The position numbers were made by a program, and so were the translations under genes. From positions 2,316 through 66,315 of the forward strand of contig JAFTQM010000014.1 in assembly GCA_017462755.1 (NCBI GenBank): DNA of 64,000 nt. The letters are read 5' to 3'. Below the pieces are notes generated by a model. It ran no database searches. It saw only the letters and a program-made list of their open reading frames with translations, and was not told the DNA's origin. This document shows positions 43,565-54,249 of this stretch, in pieces (within the stretch, counting starts at the first letter, position 1; every line of letters begins with the position of its first letter). This stretch comes from Lachnospiraceae bacterium (GTDB taxonomy: Bacteria; Bacillota; Clostridia; Lachnospirales; Lachnospiraceae).

Positions 43565-44953
43565 CTATTCTTTGAGAAGCGATTCTCCCACTTTTACAAT
43601 GTCTCCGGCACCCATAGTTATCAACAGGTCGCCGTTGGTACAATTTGATAATAAAAATTTTTCAATTTCGTCAAAATGGTGGAAATGCCATGCTTCCTTG
43701 CCCTGTTTTGTCAGCAAATCGAGGATATCCCCCGAGGAAATGTCGCCGGGGTCGGTTTCACGGGAGGCATAAATGTCGGCGAGGACAATGCGGTCCGCAA
43801 GTGACAGAGCCTCTGCTAATTCCTGCAGCAATGCCTTGGTGCGGGAGAAAGTGTGCGGTTGGAATATGCACCACACCTTGTTATGCGGATAATTCTGAGC
43901 AGCGAGAAGGGTCGCACGGATTTCGGTCGGATGGTGTGCATAATCGTCTACAATCGTAACCCCATTTCGTTCGCCCTTTTTCTCAAAACGCCGCTTGGCT
44001 CCGCCGAACTTGCAAAGTGCGGAAACGATAGCTGTAAGCGGCACGCCGAGCAAATCCGCCATTGCGGCTGCGGCTACGGAGTTGGAGATATTGTGGATAC
44101 CCACAACACCCAGAGAAATATGTGCCAGCACCGTATTGCCGTGCATCAGGTCATAGCTGCCAAAGCCATTTGCATCGAAGGAAATATTTGCAGCACTGTA
44201 ATCGTAGCTGCGCTCGGCAGAAGCAATACCGTAGGTGGTCAGCTGCGCCGGAAGTCCTGCGGTCAGCGTATCAAGCTGCTCGATGTCGCCCTGAATGACC
44301 AGATGGCTTTCTGCGGTCAGTTTTTCCATAAACAGTCGGAAGGAATGACGGATGTCGTCGATATCCTTAAAAAAGTCCAAATGCTCTGCTTCTATATTAA
44401 GTATGATTTCGTGCTTCGGAAAGAATTTTAAAAAGCTGTTGGTATATTCGCAGGATTCTACTACAAAATGCTCGGAGTGACCGCTGCGGGAGCTGCTGTG
44501 AATCGGTTCCAATACGGCACCGAGAGAAATCGTCGGGTCAAGCTCTGCCTCCAGCAAAATCATAGCGAGCATGGAGGAGGTAGTCGTCTTGCCGTGTGTA
44601 CCGGCAATGCTGATGGCATCCTTGTACTGCTTCATCAGCTGCCCCAAAAATTCCGCACGATCCATCATCGGAATGTTTGCATTGGCGGCTGCCTGAAATT
44701 CTAAATTATCCGGATGTACTGCGGCAGTATAGACCACCAAGTCAATATCCGGTGTAATATTGGAAGCGCACTGACCATATGCTATAGAAAGTCCCATGGA
44801 CTCCAAATGGTCGCAGGCTGCATTGTGCTGGGCGTCTGAACCGCTGACGGTAAAGCCGCGGGTATGTAACAGTTCTGCCAATCCGCTCATGCTGCTTCCG
44901 CCGATACCGATAAAGTGGACATGAATCGGATGTTCAAAATCGATTTGATACAT
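43565..44953 (-). CDS. murC: UDP-N-acetylmuramate--L-alanine ligase
   Basis: 462 aa with GAGGT SD. N-terminal GIGGSSMSGLA, Mur ligase ATP-binding GTHGKTTT, C-terminal ...DDYAHHPTEI... Confidence 0.95.
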   Translation of the reverse strand: MYQIDFEHPIHVHFIGIGGSSMSGLAELLHTRGFTVSGSDAQHNAACDHLESMGLSIAYGQCASNITPDIDLVVYTAAVHPDNLEFQAAANANIPMMDRAEFLGQLMKQYKDAISIAGTHGKTTTSSMLAMILLEAELDPTISLGAVLEPIHSSSRSGHSEHFVVESCEYTNSFLKFFPKHEIILNIEAEHLDFFKDIDDIRHSFRLFMEKLTAESHLVIQGDIEQLDTLTAGLPAQLTTYGIASAERSYDYSAANISFDANGFGSYDLMHGNTVLAHISLGVVGIHNISNSVAAAAMADLLGVPLTAIVSALCKFGGAKRRFEKKGERNGVTIVDDYAHHPTEIRATLLAAQNYPHNKVWCIFQPHTFSRTKALLQELAEALSLADRIVLADIYASRETDPGDISSGDILDLLTKQGKEAWHFHHFDEIEKFLLSNCTNGDLLITMGAGDIVKVGESLLKE

Positions 44954-45325
44954 AGTTACCTCGTTTCTGCGCGGGAAAAGCGCGTGTTTCTTACATATAT
45001 AGTATAATCCATTCTGGAAAAATTACAACGATAATCTCATGAGCGGCGTGAAATTGTTTCAATTGAGTTCACGAAAAGGGAAAAAGGCGTGAGAAAAAAA
45101 TGACATTTTTCTACATGTGAAACACAAAAGGAAGAAAAAGTTGAAAATTATAACAAAAATAGAAAATATAATTTAAAATAATTAGTGAATATGCCTTTCA
45201 TTTTTGTGAATTTGTGCTATAATAGAAATAGATATCAACAGTGCCCTAAAATCGTAGTTTCCGGAGAATTCTATGCCGGATATGGGCGAGGGGATTCTAA
45301 CATAAATATTACAAGAGGTGATAAC

Positions 45326-46600
45326 GTGATTAAAAAAGAAATGATTGCCATGCTTTTGGCAGGTGGACAGGGCTCCCGTCTGGGTGTTTTGACCTCCAGT
45401 ATTGCAAAACCGGCAGTGTCATTCGGCGGAAAATATCGTATTATCGACTTCCCGCTCAGTAACTGCATTAATTCCGGTGTAGACACCGTAGGTGTTTTGA
45501 CACAGTATCAGCCGTTAAGATTAAATACGCACATTGGTATCGGTATTCCGTGGGATCTCGACCGTAATATCGGTGGTGTTTCGATTCTTCCTCCATATGA
45601 GAAGAGCACGAATGCAGAGTGGTATACCGGTACGGCGAATGCGATTTACCAGAACTTAAAGTACATGGAATATTACAATCCGGAGTATGTACTGATTCTG
45701 GGCGGTGACCACATTTACAAGATGGATTATGAGCTGATGTTAGACTTCCACAAAGCAAATAAGGCAGATATTACACTGGCAACCATTCCGGTGCCGATAG
45801 AAGAGGCAAGCCGTTTTGGTGTTGTAATTACCGATGAAGAGAAGCGGATTTTGGAATTCGAAGAGAAGCCGCCACAGCCGAGAAGCAATCTGGCATCCAT
45901 GGGTATTTACATATTCAACTGGAGAGTCTTGAAGCAGGCATTGATTGATTTGTCGAATCAGCCGGGCTGTGATTTTGGTAAGCATATTATTCCATATTGC
46001 CACGAGAGAGGCGATAGAGTATTTGCTTACGAATACAACGGTTATTGGAAGGATGTAGGTACTCTGACTTCCTATTGGGAGTCCAATATGGAGTTGATTG
46101 ATATCGTACCGGAATTCAATTTATACGAGGAGTTCTGGAAGATTTATACCAAGAGCGATGTGATTCCGCCACAGTATATTGCTGAAAATGCAGTTGTTGA
46201 GCGCTGTATTATCGGCGAAGGTACGGAGATTTACGGACAGGTATACAATTCTGTTATCGGGGCAGGCGTAACGATTGGAGAAGGTGCCGTAGTACGCGAC
46301 TCCATCATTATGAAGGGTACGCAGATTGGCGAACGTACCGTAGTTAACAAATCGATTATTGCGGAGAACTGCTTCGTTGGTTTCGATTGTGAATTAGGTA
46401 TTGGAGAAGAAGTGCCAAATGTGAAGTTCCCGAAGATTTACACAGACGGTTTAGTAACCATCGGAGAAGGTTCGGTTATTCCGAACAATGTAAAGATAGG
46501 AAAGAACACTGCCATTTCCGGAGGTACGACGCTGGATGATTATCCAAGCGGCCTATTAAAGAGCGGTGAAAGTATTATTAAGGCAGGTGACTTTAGATGA
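45326..46600 (+). CDS. glgC: Glucose-1-phosphate adenylyltransferase
   Basis: ORF-track 45185..46600. I prefer GTG 45326 ((M)[18 protein letters not shown]...) with GAGGTG SD 5 nt upstream. ATG 45341 is an alternative. A left-handed beta-helix C-terminal domain is evident. Confidence 0.9.
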   Translation: MIKKEMIAMLLAGGQGSRLGVLTSSIAKPAVSFGGKYRIIDFPLSNCINSGVDTVGVLTQYQPLRLNTHIGIGIPWDLDRNIGGVSILPPYEKSTNAEWYTGTANAIYQNLKYMEYYNPEYVLILGGDHIYKMDYELMLDFHKANKADITLATIPVPIEEASRFGVVITDEEKRILEFEEKPPQPRSNLASMGIYIFNWRVLKQALIDLSNQPGCDFGKHIIPYCHERGDRVFAYEYNGYWKDVGTLTSYWESNMELIDIVPEFNLYEEFWKIYTKSDVIPPQYIAENAVVERCIIGEGTEIYGQVYNSVIGAGVTIGEGAVVRDSIIMKGTQIGERTVVNKSIIAENCFVGFDCELGIGEEVPNVKFPKIYTDGLVTIGEGSVIPNNVKIGKNTAISGGTTLDDYPSGLLKSGESIIKAGDFR

Positions 46601-47718
46601 GAGCGATAGGAATTATTTTAGCCGGTGGTAACAGTAACCGTATGCGTGAATTGTCCAATAAGAGAGCAATTGCTGCTATGCCGGTGGCAGGCAGTTACCG
46701 CGGTATTGATTTTGCATTGAGTAATATGACCAATTCCCATGTACAGAAGGTAGCAGTGCTGACTCAGTACAATTCCAGATCACTGAATGAGCATCTGAGC
46801 TCCTCCAAGTGGTGGGATTTCGGAAGAAAGCAGGGCGGATTATTTGTATTTACTCCGACGATTACAGCAGATAATGGTTTTTGGTATCGTGGAACGGCAG
46901 ATGCGATTGCACAGAATCTGACCTTCCTGCGCAACAGCCATGAGCCATATGTAGTGATTGCATCCGGTGACGGTATCTATAAGCTGGATTACAATAAGGT
47001 ACTGGAATTCCATATTGAGAAGCAGGCTGATATTACCGTAGTTACGACAGAGCTGGAAGAGGGCGAGGATTGCAGCCGCTTCGGTATTGTAACCGCGGAT
47101 GAGAACGACCGCATTGTTGATTTCCAGGAGAAGCCGTTAGTAGTATCTTCCAACTTGATTTCGACCGGTATTTATGTAATTCGTCGTAGACTGCTGATTG
47201 AATTGCTGGAGAAGTGTGTAGAAGAGGATCGCCACGATTTCGTTAAGGATGTTCTGATTCGCTATAAGGATATGAAGAAAATCTATTCTTATGAGATGGA
47301 GGGCTACTGGAACAATATCGCGAGCGTAGAGTCTTACTACAAGACCAATATGGACTTCTTAAAGAAGGATATCAGAGATTATTTCTTCAAGAAGTATCCG
47401 GATGTTTATTCCAAGATTGATGATTTGCCTCCGGCAAAGTACAATCCGGGCTCGGTAATGAAGAACAGTCTGGTTTCCAGCGGATGTATTGTGAATGGTG
47501 TCGTTGAAAATTCGATTCTGTTCAAGAAGGTATATGTGGGTAACAATTGTACGATTAAGAATTCGATTATTCTGAATGATGTGCATATCGGAGACAATAC
47601 CCACATCGAGAACTGTATTGTAGAAAGCCGCAATACGATTCGCCCGAATACCACGCATATTGGTGAGAATGGCGAAATCAAGATTGTAATTGAAAAGAAC
47701 GACCGCTATAGCTTATAG
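46597..47718 (+). CDS. glgD: Glucose-1-phosphate adenylyltransferase subunit GlgD
   Basis: 373 aa. Start overlaps the glgC stop (ATGA). A GlgC paralogue lacking the canonical GGxGxRL ([14 protein letters not shown]), as in Firmicutes GlgD. Confidence 0.85.
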   Translation: MRAIGIILAGGNSNRMRELSNKRAIAAMPVAGSYRGIDFALSNMTNSHVQKVAVLTQYNSRSLNEHLSSSKWWDFGRKQGGLFVFTPTITADNGFWYRGTADAIAQNLTFLRNSHEPYVVIASGDGIYKLDYNKVLEFHIEKQADITVVTTELEEGEDCSRFGIVTADENDRIVDFQEKPLVVSSNLISTGIYVIRRRLLIELLEKCVEEDRHDFVKDVLIRYKDMKKIYSYEMEGYWNNIASVESYYKTNMDFLKKDIRDYFFKKYPDVYSKIDDLPPAKYNPGSVMKNSLVSSGCIVNGVVENSILFKKVYVGNNCTIKNSIILNDVHIGDNTHIENCIVESRNTIRPNTTHIGENGEIKIVIEKNDRYSL

Positions 47719-47770
47719 TATTGGCGGCAGCGTTGGTGGAGAATTTGAGAGGCTCTGCTGAATGAATATC

Positions 47771-47806
47771 ACAGCTCTCCACTTTAGGGTGGGGAGCTGT
47801 TTTTTA
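47771..47806 (+). terminator. Rho-independent terminator after glgD
   Basis: ACAGCTCTCCAC tttagg GTGGGGAGCTGT followed by TTTTT. Confidence 0.75.
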
Positions 47807-47973
47807 CAAGTAAGTAGTCGTTATGCGACTATTTCTTGTTGTACAACCCTTAAGGGGGATGCAAATCGAAATTTTTTAATAACTTAAACCTTCCAGGGAC
47901 AAGGAGAAGGGTTTTGCAAGGAGCACGGATGGATTCCGTGCTTCCACAGAAAAGGACAAGGGGGATACGACAG

Positions 47974-48258
47974 ATGCAGATTACGGATGTACGAATCAGA
48001 AAAGTCAGCAAAGAAGGAAAGATGAAAGCTATTGTTTCAATTACGTTGGATGACGAATTTGTGGTACATGATATTAAAGTGATTGATGGGGAAAAAGGAT
48101 TGTTTATTGCAATGCCGAGCAGACGGGCAAGCGATGGAGAATATAAGGACATAGCGCATCCGATTAATTCGGAAACCAGAGACCGGATTCAGAAAATGAT
48201 TTTGGAACGATATGAAATTGCGCTGGCAGAAGCAGATTTTGCAGAGGAAGAAGAATAA
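47974..48258 (+). CDS. spoVG: Septation protein SpoVG
   Basis: ORF-track 47914..48258. ATG 47974 ([11 protein letters not shown]...) follows AAGGGGGA. The sequence is near-canonical SpoVG (...[33 protein letters not shown]...). Confidence 0.95.
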   Translation: MQITDVRIRKVSKEGKMKAIVSITLDDEFVVHDIKVIDGEKGLFIAMPSRRASDGEYKDIAHPINSETRDRIQKMILERYEIALAEADFAEEEE

Positions 48259-48403
48259 CGATTCCTACACTATATTTTGTATACGTTGTGTGAAGAAAAA
48301 ACGAACAAAAATCATGAAAACAGAACGATTCTCACAAAGGATGGAATAAATATTAAATTATCAAAATATACAAAATACAAAATAACAAAAATCAGAAAAT
48401 TGA

Positions 48404-48432
48404 TTGCGAATGACCTTGAAGTGTGCTATAAT
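48404..48432 (+). promoter_or_regulatory. Sigma-A-type promoter (extended -10)
   Basis: -35 TTGCGA (48404-48409), 17-nt spacer, TGcTATAAT (48424-48432), about 30 nt upstream of ATG 48464. Confidence 0.5.
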
Positions 48433-48463
48433 AACAGTAAGGAAAACTCAGGAGGTGGTTATT

Positions 48464-49180
48464 ATGGCAAACACATTATTTCAAGAGGATATGAGCTTGG
48501 CTCAAATGGAGCAGACTTTGGAGAGTGTGCTGTTAAAACATGATATCGGAATTCGGATATTAGCTGATTTGCCGGTAACCGCGGAGGACTATGTTCGGCT
48601 TTTGGAGGCCTTAAAGGTGGTCCAAAACGATATGGAGATGGTGGACCGGTATCGTCTTAGTGTAGTAACTGCATGGATTTTTTCCTTGCGTTATGAACAC
48701 TTCGGGCGCAAGGACTATGCGCATATCGTAGATGAGCTGGCGGCGTTGAAGCAGTATTCGGTGCGGCAGTTTTTTGCAATCTGCAATAGTGTGTTTAATG
48801 ACTTTGATTTGGTAACGTATTTTCCGGAGATTCGCACCTTCAAGGAGCTATATAGTATGGTAGTAGTACATGCGGGTATTCCGGAGCAGATGGGAGAGTA
48901 TTTCTGTCAGGTAATTGAGAAACTGATGCAGGATCGTGATATGTCGAAGGCAATGGAGAGTATTACGGAGTATCTGGCGAGAGGCTTGGAACAGGTAGCA
49001 GGCTTTGTAGACCGCGCATTTTTGGAGAAGCTTTTGCAGACTGCGTCCGAGATTATGAAGGACTGTCAGACCGGAGAGTATACGGAGGAAGCATTACAAA
49101 AGAGATATCCGCATACTGCGGGAGGAATCATACGTCTGTGCATTGAGTGGAGCCGGAAGAAACAGCCGGAGTGTGCATAA
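48464..49180 (+). CDS. Hypothetical protein (238 aa, predicted all-helical, no recognisable motif)
   Basis: ORF-track 48404..49180. ATG 48464 (MANTLFQEDM...) follows GGAGGTG. Bracketed by its own promoter and terminator. Confidence 0.6.
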   Translation: MANTLFQEDMSLAQMEQTLESVLLKHDIGIRILADLPVTAEDYVRLLEALKVVQNDMEMVDRYRLSVVTAWIFSLRYEHFGRKDYAHIVDELAALKQYSVRQFFAICNSVFNDFDLVTYFPEIRTFKELYSMVVVHAGIPEQMGEYFCQVIEKLMQDRDMSKAMESITEYLARGLEQVAGFVDRAFLEKLLQTASEIMKDCQTGEYTEEALQKRYPHTAGGIIRLCIEWSRKKQPECA

Positions 49181-49181
49181 T

Positions 49182-49211
49182 AAAAAAGAGTTCTTCGGAA
49201 CTCTTTTTTTT
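49182..49211 (+). terminator. Rho-independent terminator
   Basis: AAAAAGAGTTC ttcg GAACTCTTTTTTTT. Confidence 0.8.
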
Positions 49212-49222
49212 ACTCAACTTAC

Positions 49223-49251
49223 TTGTCAAAGTAGTATAAATGGGCTAAAAT
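49223..49251 (+). promoter_or_regulatory. Sigma-A-type promoter for the heterodimeric ABC exporter operon
   Basis: -35 TTGTCA (49223-49228), 17-nt spacer, -10 TAAAAT (49246-49251). Confidence 0.5.
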
Positions 49252-49304
49252 GAAATAATAGCAGAAAACGAAATGCGCACAAAATGCGCAGAAATGAGGA
49301 AAAG

Positions 49305-51107
49305 ATGAAGAAACTACTGGTCTATTTAAAGGATTACAAGAAGGAAAGTGTTCTGGCGCCTTTGTTTAAGATGTTAGAGGCACTTTTCGAATTGTTTGTA
49401 CCGCTGGTAATGCAGCAAATCATTGATGTAGGTATTGCAAACAGAGACAAAGGATACATCGTTCGGATGTGCCTTGTGATGGTGGTACTCGGTGTGATTG
49501 GTCTGACCTGCTCGCTGACGGCACAGTTTTTCTCGGCGAAGGCAGCCGTGGGCTTTGCGACAAAGCTGCGTCATGCATTGTTCGCTCATATTCAGAGACT
49601 GGGCTATACGGAGCTGGATACTGTCGGTACTTCGACGATGATTACCCGCATGACCAGTGATATCAATCAGCTGCAGTCCGGTGTAAATATGGTACTGCGT
49701 CTGTTTATGCGCTCGCCGTTTATCGTATTTGGTGCGATGATTATGGCATTTACGATAAATGTAAAGGCGGCGTTAATTTTTGTGGTTACCATACCGCTTC
49801 TGTCATTGGTGGTATTCGGTATTATGATGATTACCATACCGATGTTCAAAAGAGTGCAGGCGGCACTGGATCGTGTACTTGGTAAGACACGCGAGAATCT
49901 GACCGGTGTGCGCGTTATTCGTGCGTTCGCAAAGGAAGAGGAGGAAATCTCCGAATTTGATAAGAGCAATGTGCTTCTGACATATCGTCAGATTCGTGTT
50001 GGAAAGATTTCTGCGCTGACCAATCCGCTGACCAATGTCATTGTCAATCTGGCGATTGCGGTGCTTCTTTGGGTTGGTGCGATACAGGTAGACATCGGCA
50101 TCATTACGCAGGGTGCAGTCGTAGCGCTGGTAAATTATATGTCGCAGATTTTGGTCGAGCTGGTAAAACTGGCAAATCTGATTGTTACGATTACGAAGGC
50201 AGTGGCTTGTGCCGGACGTATTGAGAAGGTGTTTGATATGACACCGGAGATGCAGGACGGAGATGCGGCAGCATTTGCAGAATTAACGCATGTGCAGAGC
50301 CAGAAGCGAAAGGGCGCGGTAGTAAAGGGTGCGATGCGTCAAAGGCATTCGGATTATGCGGTTGAGTTCCGCGGAGTCGGTTTGACGTATAAGAATGCCG
50401 GTGCCGAGTCCTTAGACCAGTTGAATTTTAAGATTAAGCATGGTGAAACGGTTGGTATCATCGGTGGTACCGGTTCCGGAAAATCCTCAGTCATCAACCT
50501 GATTCCGCGTTATTACGATGCGACGGAGGGAGAGGTGCTGGTAGACGGTATCAATGTCAAGGATTATCCGATGGAGGTATTGCGCGATAAGGTCGGTATG
50601 GTAATGCAGAAGGCAGTGCTGTTCAAGGGAACCATTCGTGAGAACCTGCAATGGGGCAAGAAGGATGCCACGGAGAAGGAAATGTACCGTGCGCTGGACA
50701 TTGCGCAGGCACGTGAATTTGTAGACAAAAAAGAAGGCGGTCTGGATGAGCCGATTACGCAGGGCGGCAAAAATCTGTCCGGTGGTCAGCGGCAGCGTCT
50801 GACGATTGCGCGTGCGCTGGTAAAGCAACCGGAGATTCTGGTATTGGATGATAGTGCTTCGGCACTGGATTTTGCAACCGATGCCCGTCTGCGCAAGGCA
50901 TTGCGGGAAATGGATGCTTCGATGACGGTATTTATTGTGTCCCAGCGTGCGGCATCCATCATGCATGCGGACCAGATTATCGTGCTGGACGATGGCAAAA
51001 TCGTCGGTATCGGTAAGCACGAGGAGCTGCTGCGGGCCTGTGAGGTATATCAGGAAATTTATTATTCCCAGTTCCCGGAGAAGGCAGGAAAGGTGGTGAC
51101 GGAATAA
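49305..51107 (+). CDS. ABC transporter ATP-binding/permease protein (exporter half-transporter A)
   Basis: ORF-track 49284..51107. ATG 49305 (MKKLLVYLKDYKKE...) follows AGGAAAAG. Six TM segments plus an NBD with GGTGSGKSS, LSGGQRQR and ILVLDDSAS. Confidence 0.85.
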   Translation: MKKLLVYLKDYKKESVLAPLFKMLEALFELFVPLVMQQIIDVGIANRDKGYIVRMCLVMVVLGVIGLTCSLTAQFFSAKAAVGFATKLRHALFAHIQRLGYTELDTVGTSTMITRMTSDINQLQSGVNMVLRLFMRSPFIVFGAMIMAFTINVKAALIFVVTIPLLSLVVFGIMMITIPMFKRVQAALDRVLGKTRENLTGVRVIRAFAKEEEEISEFDKSNVLLTYRQIRVGKISALTNPLTNVIVNLAIAVLLWVGAIQVDIGIITQGAVVALVNYMSQILVELVKLANLIVTITKAVACAGRIEKVFDMTPEMQDGDAAAFAELTHVQSQKRKGAVVKGAMRQRHSDYAVEFRGVGLTYKNAGAESLDQLNFKIKHGETVGIIGGTGSGKSSVINLIPRYYDATEGEVLVDGINVKDYPMEVLRDKVGMVMQKAVLFKGTIRENLQWGKKDATEKEMYRALDIAQAREFVDKKEGGLDEPITQGGKNLSGGQRQRLTIARALVKQPEILVLDDSASALDFATDARLRKALREMDASMTVFIVSQRAASIMHADQIIVLDDGKIVGIGKHEELLRACEVYQEIYYSQFPEKAGKVVTE

Positions 51108-52867
51108 TGGCGAAGACAGAAAAGGCAAAGAAAATGGATACCGGTACCTTAAAGAAGGTGCTGCATTATATCCGTCAATATCGCTGGTATGTGCTGCTTT
51201 CGTTGGTGTGTGCTGCAATAACGGTAGCACTTACGCTGTATATTCCGATTTTGACCGGTGAGGCAATTGACCATATCATTGATAAGGGACTGGTGGCGTT
51301 TGGACCGATTAAGCAGATTATTTTGAAAATTGTGATAGCTGTGCTAGCAACGGCAGCAGCGCAGTGGCTGATGAATGTCTGCAACAACCGCATTACCTAC
51401 AATGTAGTACATGATATCCGAGAAGGAGCATTTCGAAAAATTGAGATTTTACCGTTAAAGTATATTGATTCTCATTCTTACGGAGAGATTGTGAGCCGTG
51501 TCATTGCAGATGTGGACCAGTTTGCAGACGGTTTGCTGATGGGCTTTACCCAGCTGTTTTCCGGTGTGATTACCATTCTCGGTACTTTATTGTTCATGCT
51601 GACCATTAACGGTAAGATTACACTGGTGGTCGTACTGGTAACTCCGGTGTCGTTGTTTGTGGCAGCATTTATTGCCAAAAAGACGTATACTATGTTTCAT
51701 ATGCAGTCGGTAACGCGCGGCGAGCAGACTGCGTTGATTGACGAGATGATTGGAAATCAGAAGATTGTGCAGGCGTTTGGTCAGGAGGACGAGGTACTTG
51801 CGCGTTTTGACGAGATTAACGAGCGTCTGGGAAAATATTCGTTAAAGGCAATATTCTTTTCCTCGACGACCAATCCGGCGACCCGCTTTGTCAACAGTCT
51901 GGTATATACCGGTGTCGGTCTGACGGGTGCGTTGATTGCAATCTCCGGCGGTATTACCGTGGGACAGCTGTCCTGCTTTTTGAGCTACGCAAATCAGTAT
52001 ACCAAGCCGTTCAATGAGATTTCCGGTGTGATTACTGAATTGCAGAATGCCATTGCATGTGCGGCAAGAATTTTTGAATTAATTGAAGAAGAACCACAGG
52101 TGCCGGAGGCAGAAAATGCGGTTGTACTGGACGATGTGGATGGTACGGTAACACTTCGAGACGTAGCATTTTCATATGTGCCGGAGCAGAAGCTGATTCG
52201 TGACTTTAACTTGTCGGTAAAGCAGGGACAGCGTGTGGCTATTGTTGGTCCGACCGGCTGTGGCAAGACTACGGTAATCAATCTTTTGATGCGTTTTTAT
52301 GATGTGAATAGTGGTTCGATTCAGGTAAGCGGAACGGACATCCGTGAAGCAACCCGGGCGAGCCTGCGTACCAGCTTTGGTATGGTGCTGCAGGAAACTT
52401 GGTTAAAGTCAGGTACCATTCGTGAAAACTTAATGATGGGAAAGCCGGAGGCAACCGAGACAGAGATGATTGCAGCGGCAAAGGCAGCGCATGCGCACAG
52501 CTTCATCAAGCGTATGCCAAAGGGCTATGATACGATTATTACAGAGGATGGCGGAAATCTGTCGCAGGGACAGAAGCAGCTGCTTTGTATTGCCCGTGTT
52601 ATGCTCTGTCTGCCGCCAATGCTGATTTTGGATGAGGCAACCTCTTCGATTGATACCAGAACTGAAATCAAGATACAGCAGGCATTTGCGCGGATGATGG
52701 AGGGCAGAACCAGTTTTATTGTAGCGCATCGTCTGTCTACGATTAAGGAAGCGGATATTATTCTGGTTATGAAGGATGGCAATATCATCGAGCAGGGCAA
52801 CCATGAGACGCTGCTGGCACAGGGCGGTTTCTATGCAAACCTGTACAATAGTCAGTTTTCGATGTAA
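51107..52867 (+). CDS. ABC transporter ATP-binding/permease protein (exporter half-transporter B)
   Basis: 586 aa. Start overlaps the upstream stop (TAATG). NBD has GPTGCGKTT, a degenerate signature LSQGQKQL, and MLILDEATS. This pattern is typical of asymmetric heterodimeric exporters. Confidence 0.85.
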   Translation: MAKTEKAKKMDTGTLKKVLHYIRQYRWYVLLSLVCAAITVALTLYIPILTGEAIDHIIDKGLVAFGPIKQIILKIVIAVLATAAAQWLMNVCNNRITYNVVHDIREGAFRKIEILPLKYIDSHSYGEIVSRVIADVDQFADGLLMGFTQLFSGVITILGTLLFMLTINGKITLVVVLVTPVSLFVAAFIAKKTYTMFHMQSVTRGEQTALIDEMIGNQKIVQAFGQEDEVLARFDEINERLGKYSLKAIFFSSTTNPATRFVNSLVYTGVGLTGALIAISGGITVGQLSCFLSYANQYTKPFNEISGVITELQNAIACAARIFELIEEEPQVPEAENAVVLDDVDGTVTLRDVAFSYVPEQKLIRDFNLSVKQGQRVAIVGPTGCGKTTVINLLMRFYDVNSGSIQVSGTDIREATRASLRTSFGMVLQETWLKSGTIRENLMMGKPEATETEMIAAAKAAHAHSFIKRMPKGYDTIITEDGGNLSQGQKQLLCIARVMLCLPPMLILDEATSSIDTRTEIKIQQAFARMMEGRTSFIVAHRLSTIKEADIILVMKDGNIIEQGNHETLLAQGGFYANLYNSQFSM

Positions 52868-52900
52868 TACAGAGGGATGTACTTTAGGAGAAGGTGAGGC

Positions 52901-53632
52901 ATGAAAAAGAAAGGCTATAGCATACTGGCAGGAGTGATTTTGCTGCTTTTTTGGCAGCTGCTCAGTATGAAAATTGACAAAGAAATTTTTCTGCCCTCAC
53001 CGGGAAATACCCTCAAGGCATTGTTTCATCTGTTGCAGACAAAGGAGTTTTACCTGTCGGTAGGTGGCTCCTGTCTGCGGATTATGAGCGGTTTTGTACT
53101 GGCACTGGCAGCAGGGACATTGCTTGCAGTGTCAGCCGCTTGTGTGTCGCTGTTACGGGCGGTATTTGACCTTGCAATGCAGCTGATGAAGGCGATTCCG
53201 GTGGCATCCTTTGTTATATTGGTATTATTGTGGATAGAATCCGCGCAGCTTGCGATTGTAATTTCATTTTTGATGGTTCTGCCGGTGGTTTATACCAATG
53301 TGCGGGACGGTATCGGGCAGACGGATGCGAAGCTGTTAGAAATGGCGGCGGTATTTCGTTTAAGTCACTGGAAACGAATTCGATACATCTATGCACCTGC
53401 AGTCCTGCCGTATTTTGTGTCGGCATGCTCGGTCGGACTCGGTTTTTGTTGGAAAGCCGGTATTGCGGCTGAGGTAATCGGCTTGCCGGAGCGTTCGATT
53501 GGAGAACAGCTTTATGAAGCAAAGCTGTATCTGATGACTCCGGAGCTGTTTGCATGGACAGCAGTGATTGTGATGGTAAGTGTCTTGTTTGAAAAGCTGG
53601 TGATGCGGCTGATTCGCCGGCTTGCAAAATAA
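52901..53632 (+). CDS. ABC transporter permease (binding-protein-dependent, NitT/TauT-like inner membrane component)
   Basis: 243 aa with AGGAGAAGGTGAGG SD. Six TM segments with an EAA-like loop (...DAKLLEMAAVFRLSHWKRIRYIYAPAVLP...). Confidence 0.7.
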   Translation: MKKKGYSILAGVILLLFWQLLSMKIDKEIFLPSPGNTLKALFHLLQTKEFYLSVGGSCLRIMSGFVLALAAGTLLAVSAACVSLLRAVFDLAMQLMKAIPVASFVILVLLWIESAQLAIVISFLMVLPVVYTNVRDGIGQTDAKLLEMAAVFRLSHWKRIRYIYAPAVLPYFVSACSVGLGFCWKAGIAAEVIGLPERSIGEQLYEAKLYLMTPELFAWTAVIVMVSVLFEKLVMRLIRRLAK

Positions 53633-53679
53633 AACGATAAAACAGAGCATGTGCTGTGAGGCAGGAAGGAGACAGAGCG

Positions 53680-54249
53680 TTGGCAATTGTTTTGGAGCAG
53701 GTGAGAAAAAGCTATGGAGACCAGCTGGTACTGGACGGAATCAGCCGGACGATTGCTATAGGCTCCTGTATCGCCCTGATGGGACCCTCCGGAATCGGAA
53801 AGACTACGCTGCTGTCGCTGTTAGCGGGATTGCAGTCGCCGGATTTTGGCAGGATAACCGGACTTCCGAAGCAGCGGGCAATGGTATTTCAGGAGAATCG
53901 CTTGATTGAGCATGCGAATGCCCTGACCAATCTCAAGCTAGTGTGCGGGGCGGAGTATACAAGGGAGGTTCTGATTGAGGAGTTAAAGAAAATCGGAATC
54001 GAGGATGTGCAGAAGCCGATTGTAGAGTTTAGCGGCGGCATGAAGCGGCGTGTGGCGATTTTGAGAGCGGTGCTGGCAGAAGCAAAGCTTTTGTTGATGG
54101 ATGAGCCGTTTTTGGGGCTGGATGCAGAGCGCAAAACGCAGGTCATGGAATATGTAAAAGCGCATTGTGCAGGAAAGACCGTAGTGCTTGTGACACATGA
54201 GGAAGAGGAAGCGAAAGCGCTTGGTGCAGAAATATGGTATTTGAAATAA
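53680..54249 (+). CDS. ABC transporter ATP-binding protein (short, NitT/TauT-like)
   Basis: ORF-track 53656..54249 (GTG, no SD). TTG 53680 has AAGGAG 8 nt upstream. Walker A GPSGIGKTT, signature FSGGMKRR, Walker B LLLMDEPF. Confidence 0.75.
   Translation: MAIVLEQVRKSYGDQLVLDGISRTIAIGSCIALMGPSGIGKTTLLSLLAGLQSPDFGRITGLPKQRAMVFQENRLIEHANALTNLKLVCGAEYTREVLIEELKKIGIEDVQKPIVEFSGGMKRRVAILRAVLAEAKLLLMDEPFLGLDAERKTQVMEYVKAHCAGKTVVLVTHEEEEAKALGAEIWYLK

Noticed and set aside
45045-45075. cre-like (CcpA) palindrome TGAAATTGTTTCA upstream of glgC.
   Set aside because: It is 13 nt rather than 14, lacks the central CG of the cre consensus (TGWAANCGNTNWCA), and lies ~150 nt upstream of the predicted promoter.
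48277-48543. 88-aa ORF in the AT-rich spacer after spoVG.
   Set aside because: It has Lys/Asn-rich low-complexity translation of AT-rich intergenic DNA and no SD. It contains the promoter of the next gene and overlaps that gene's start.
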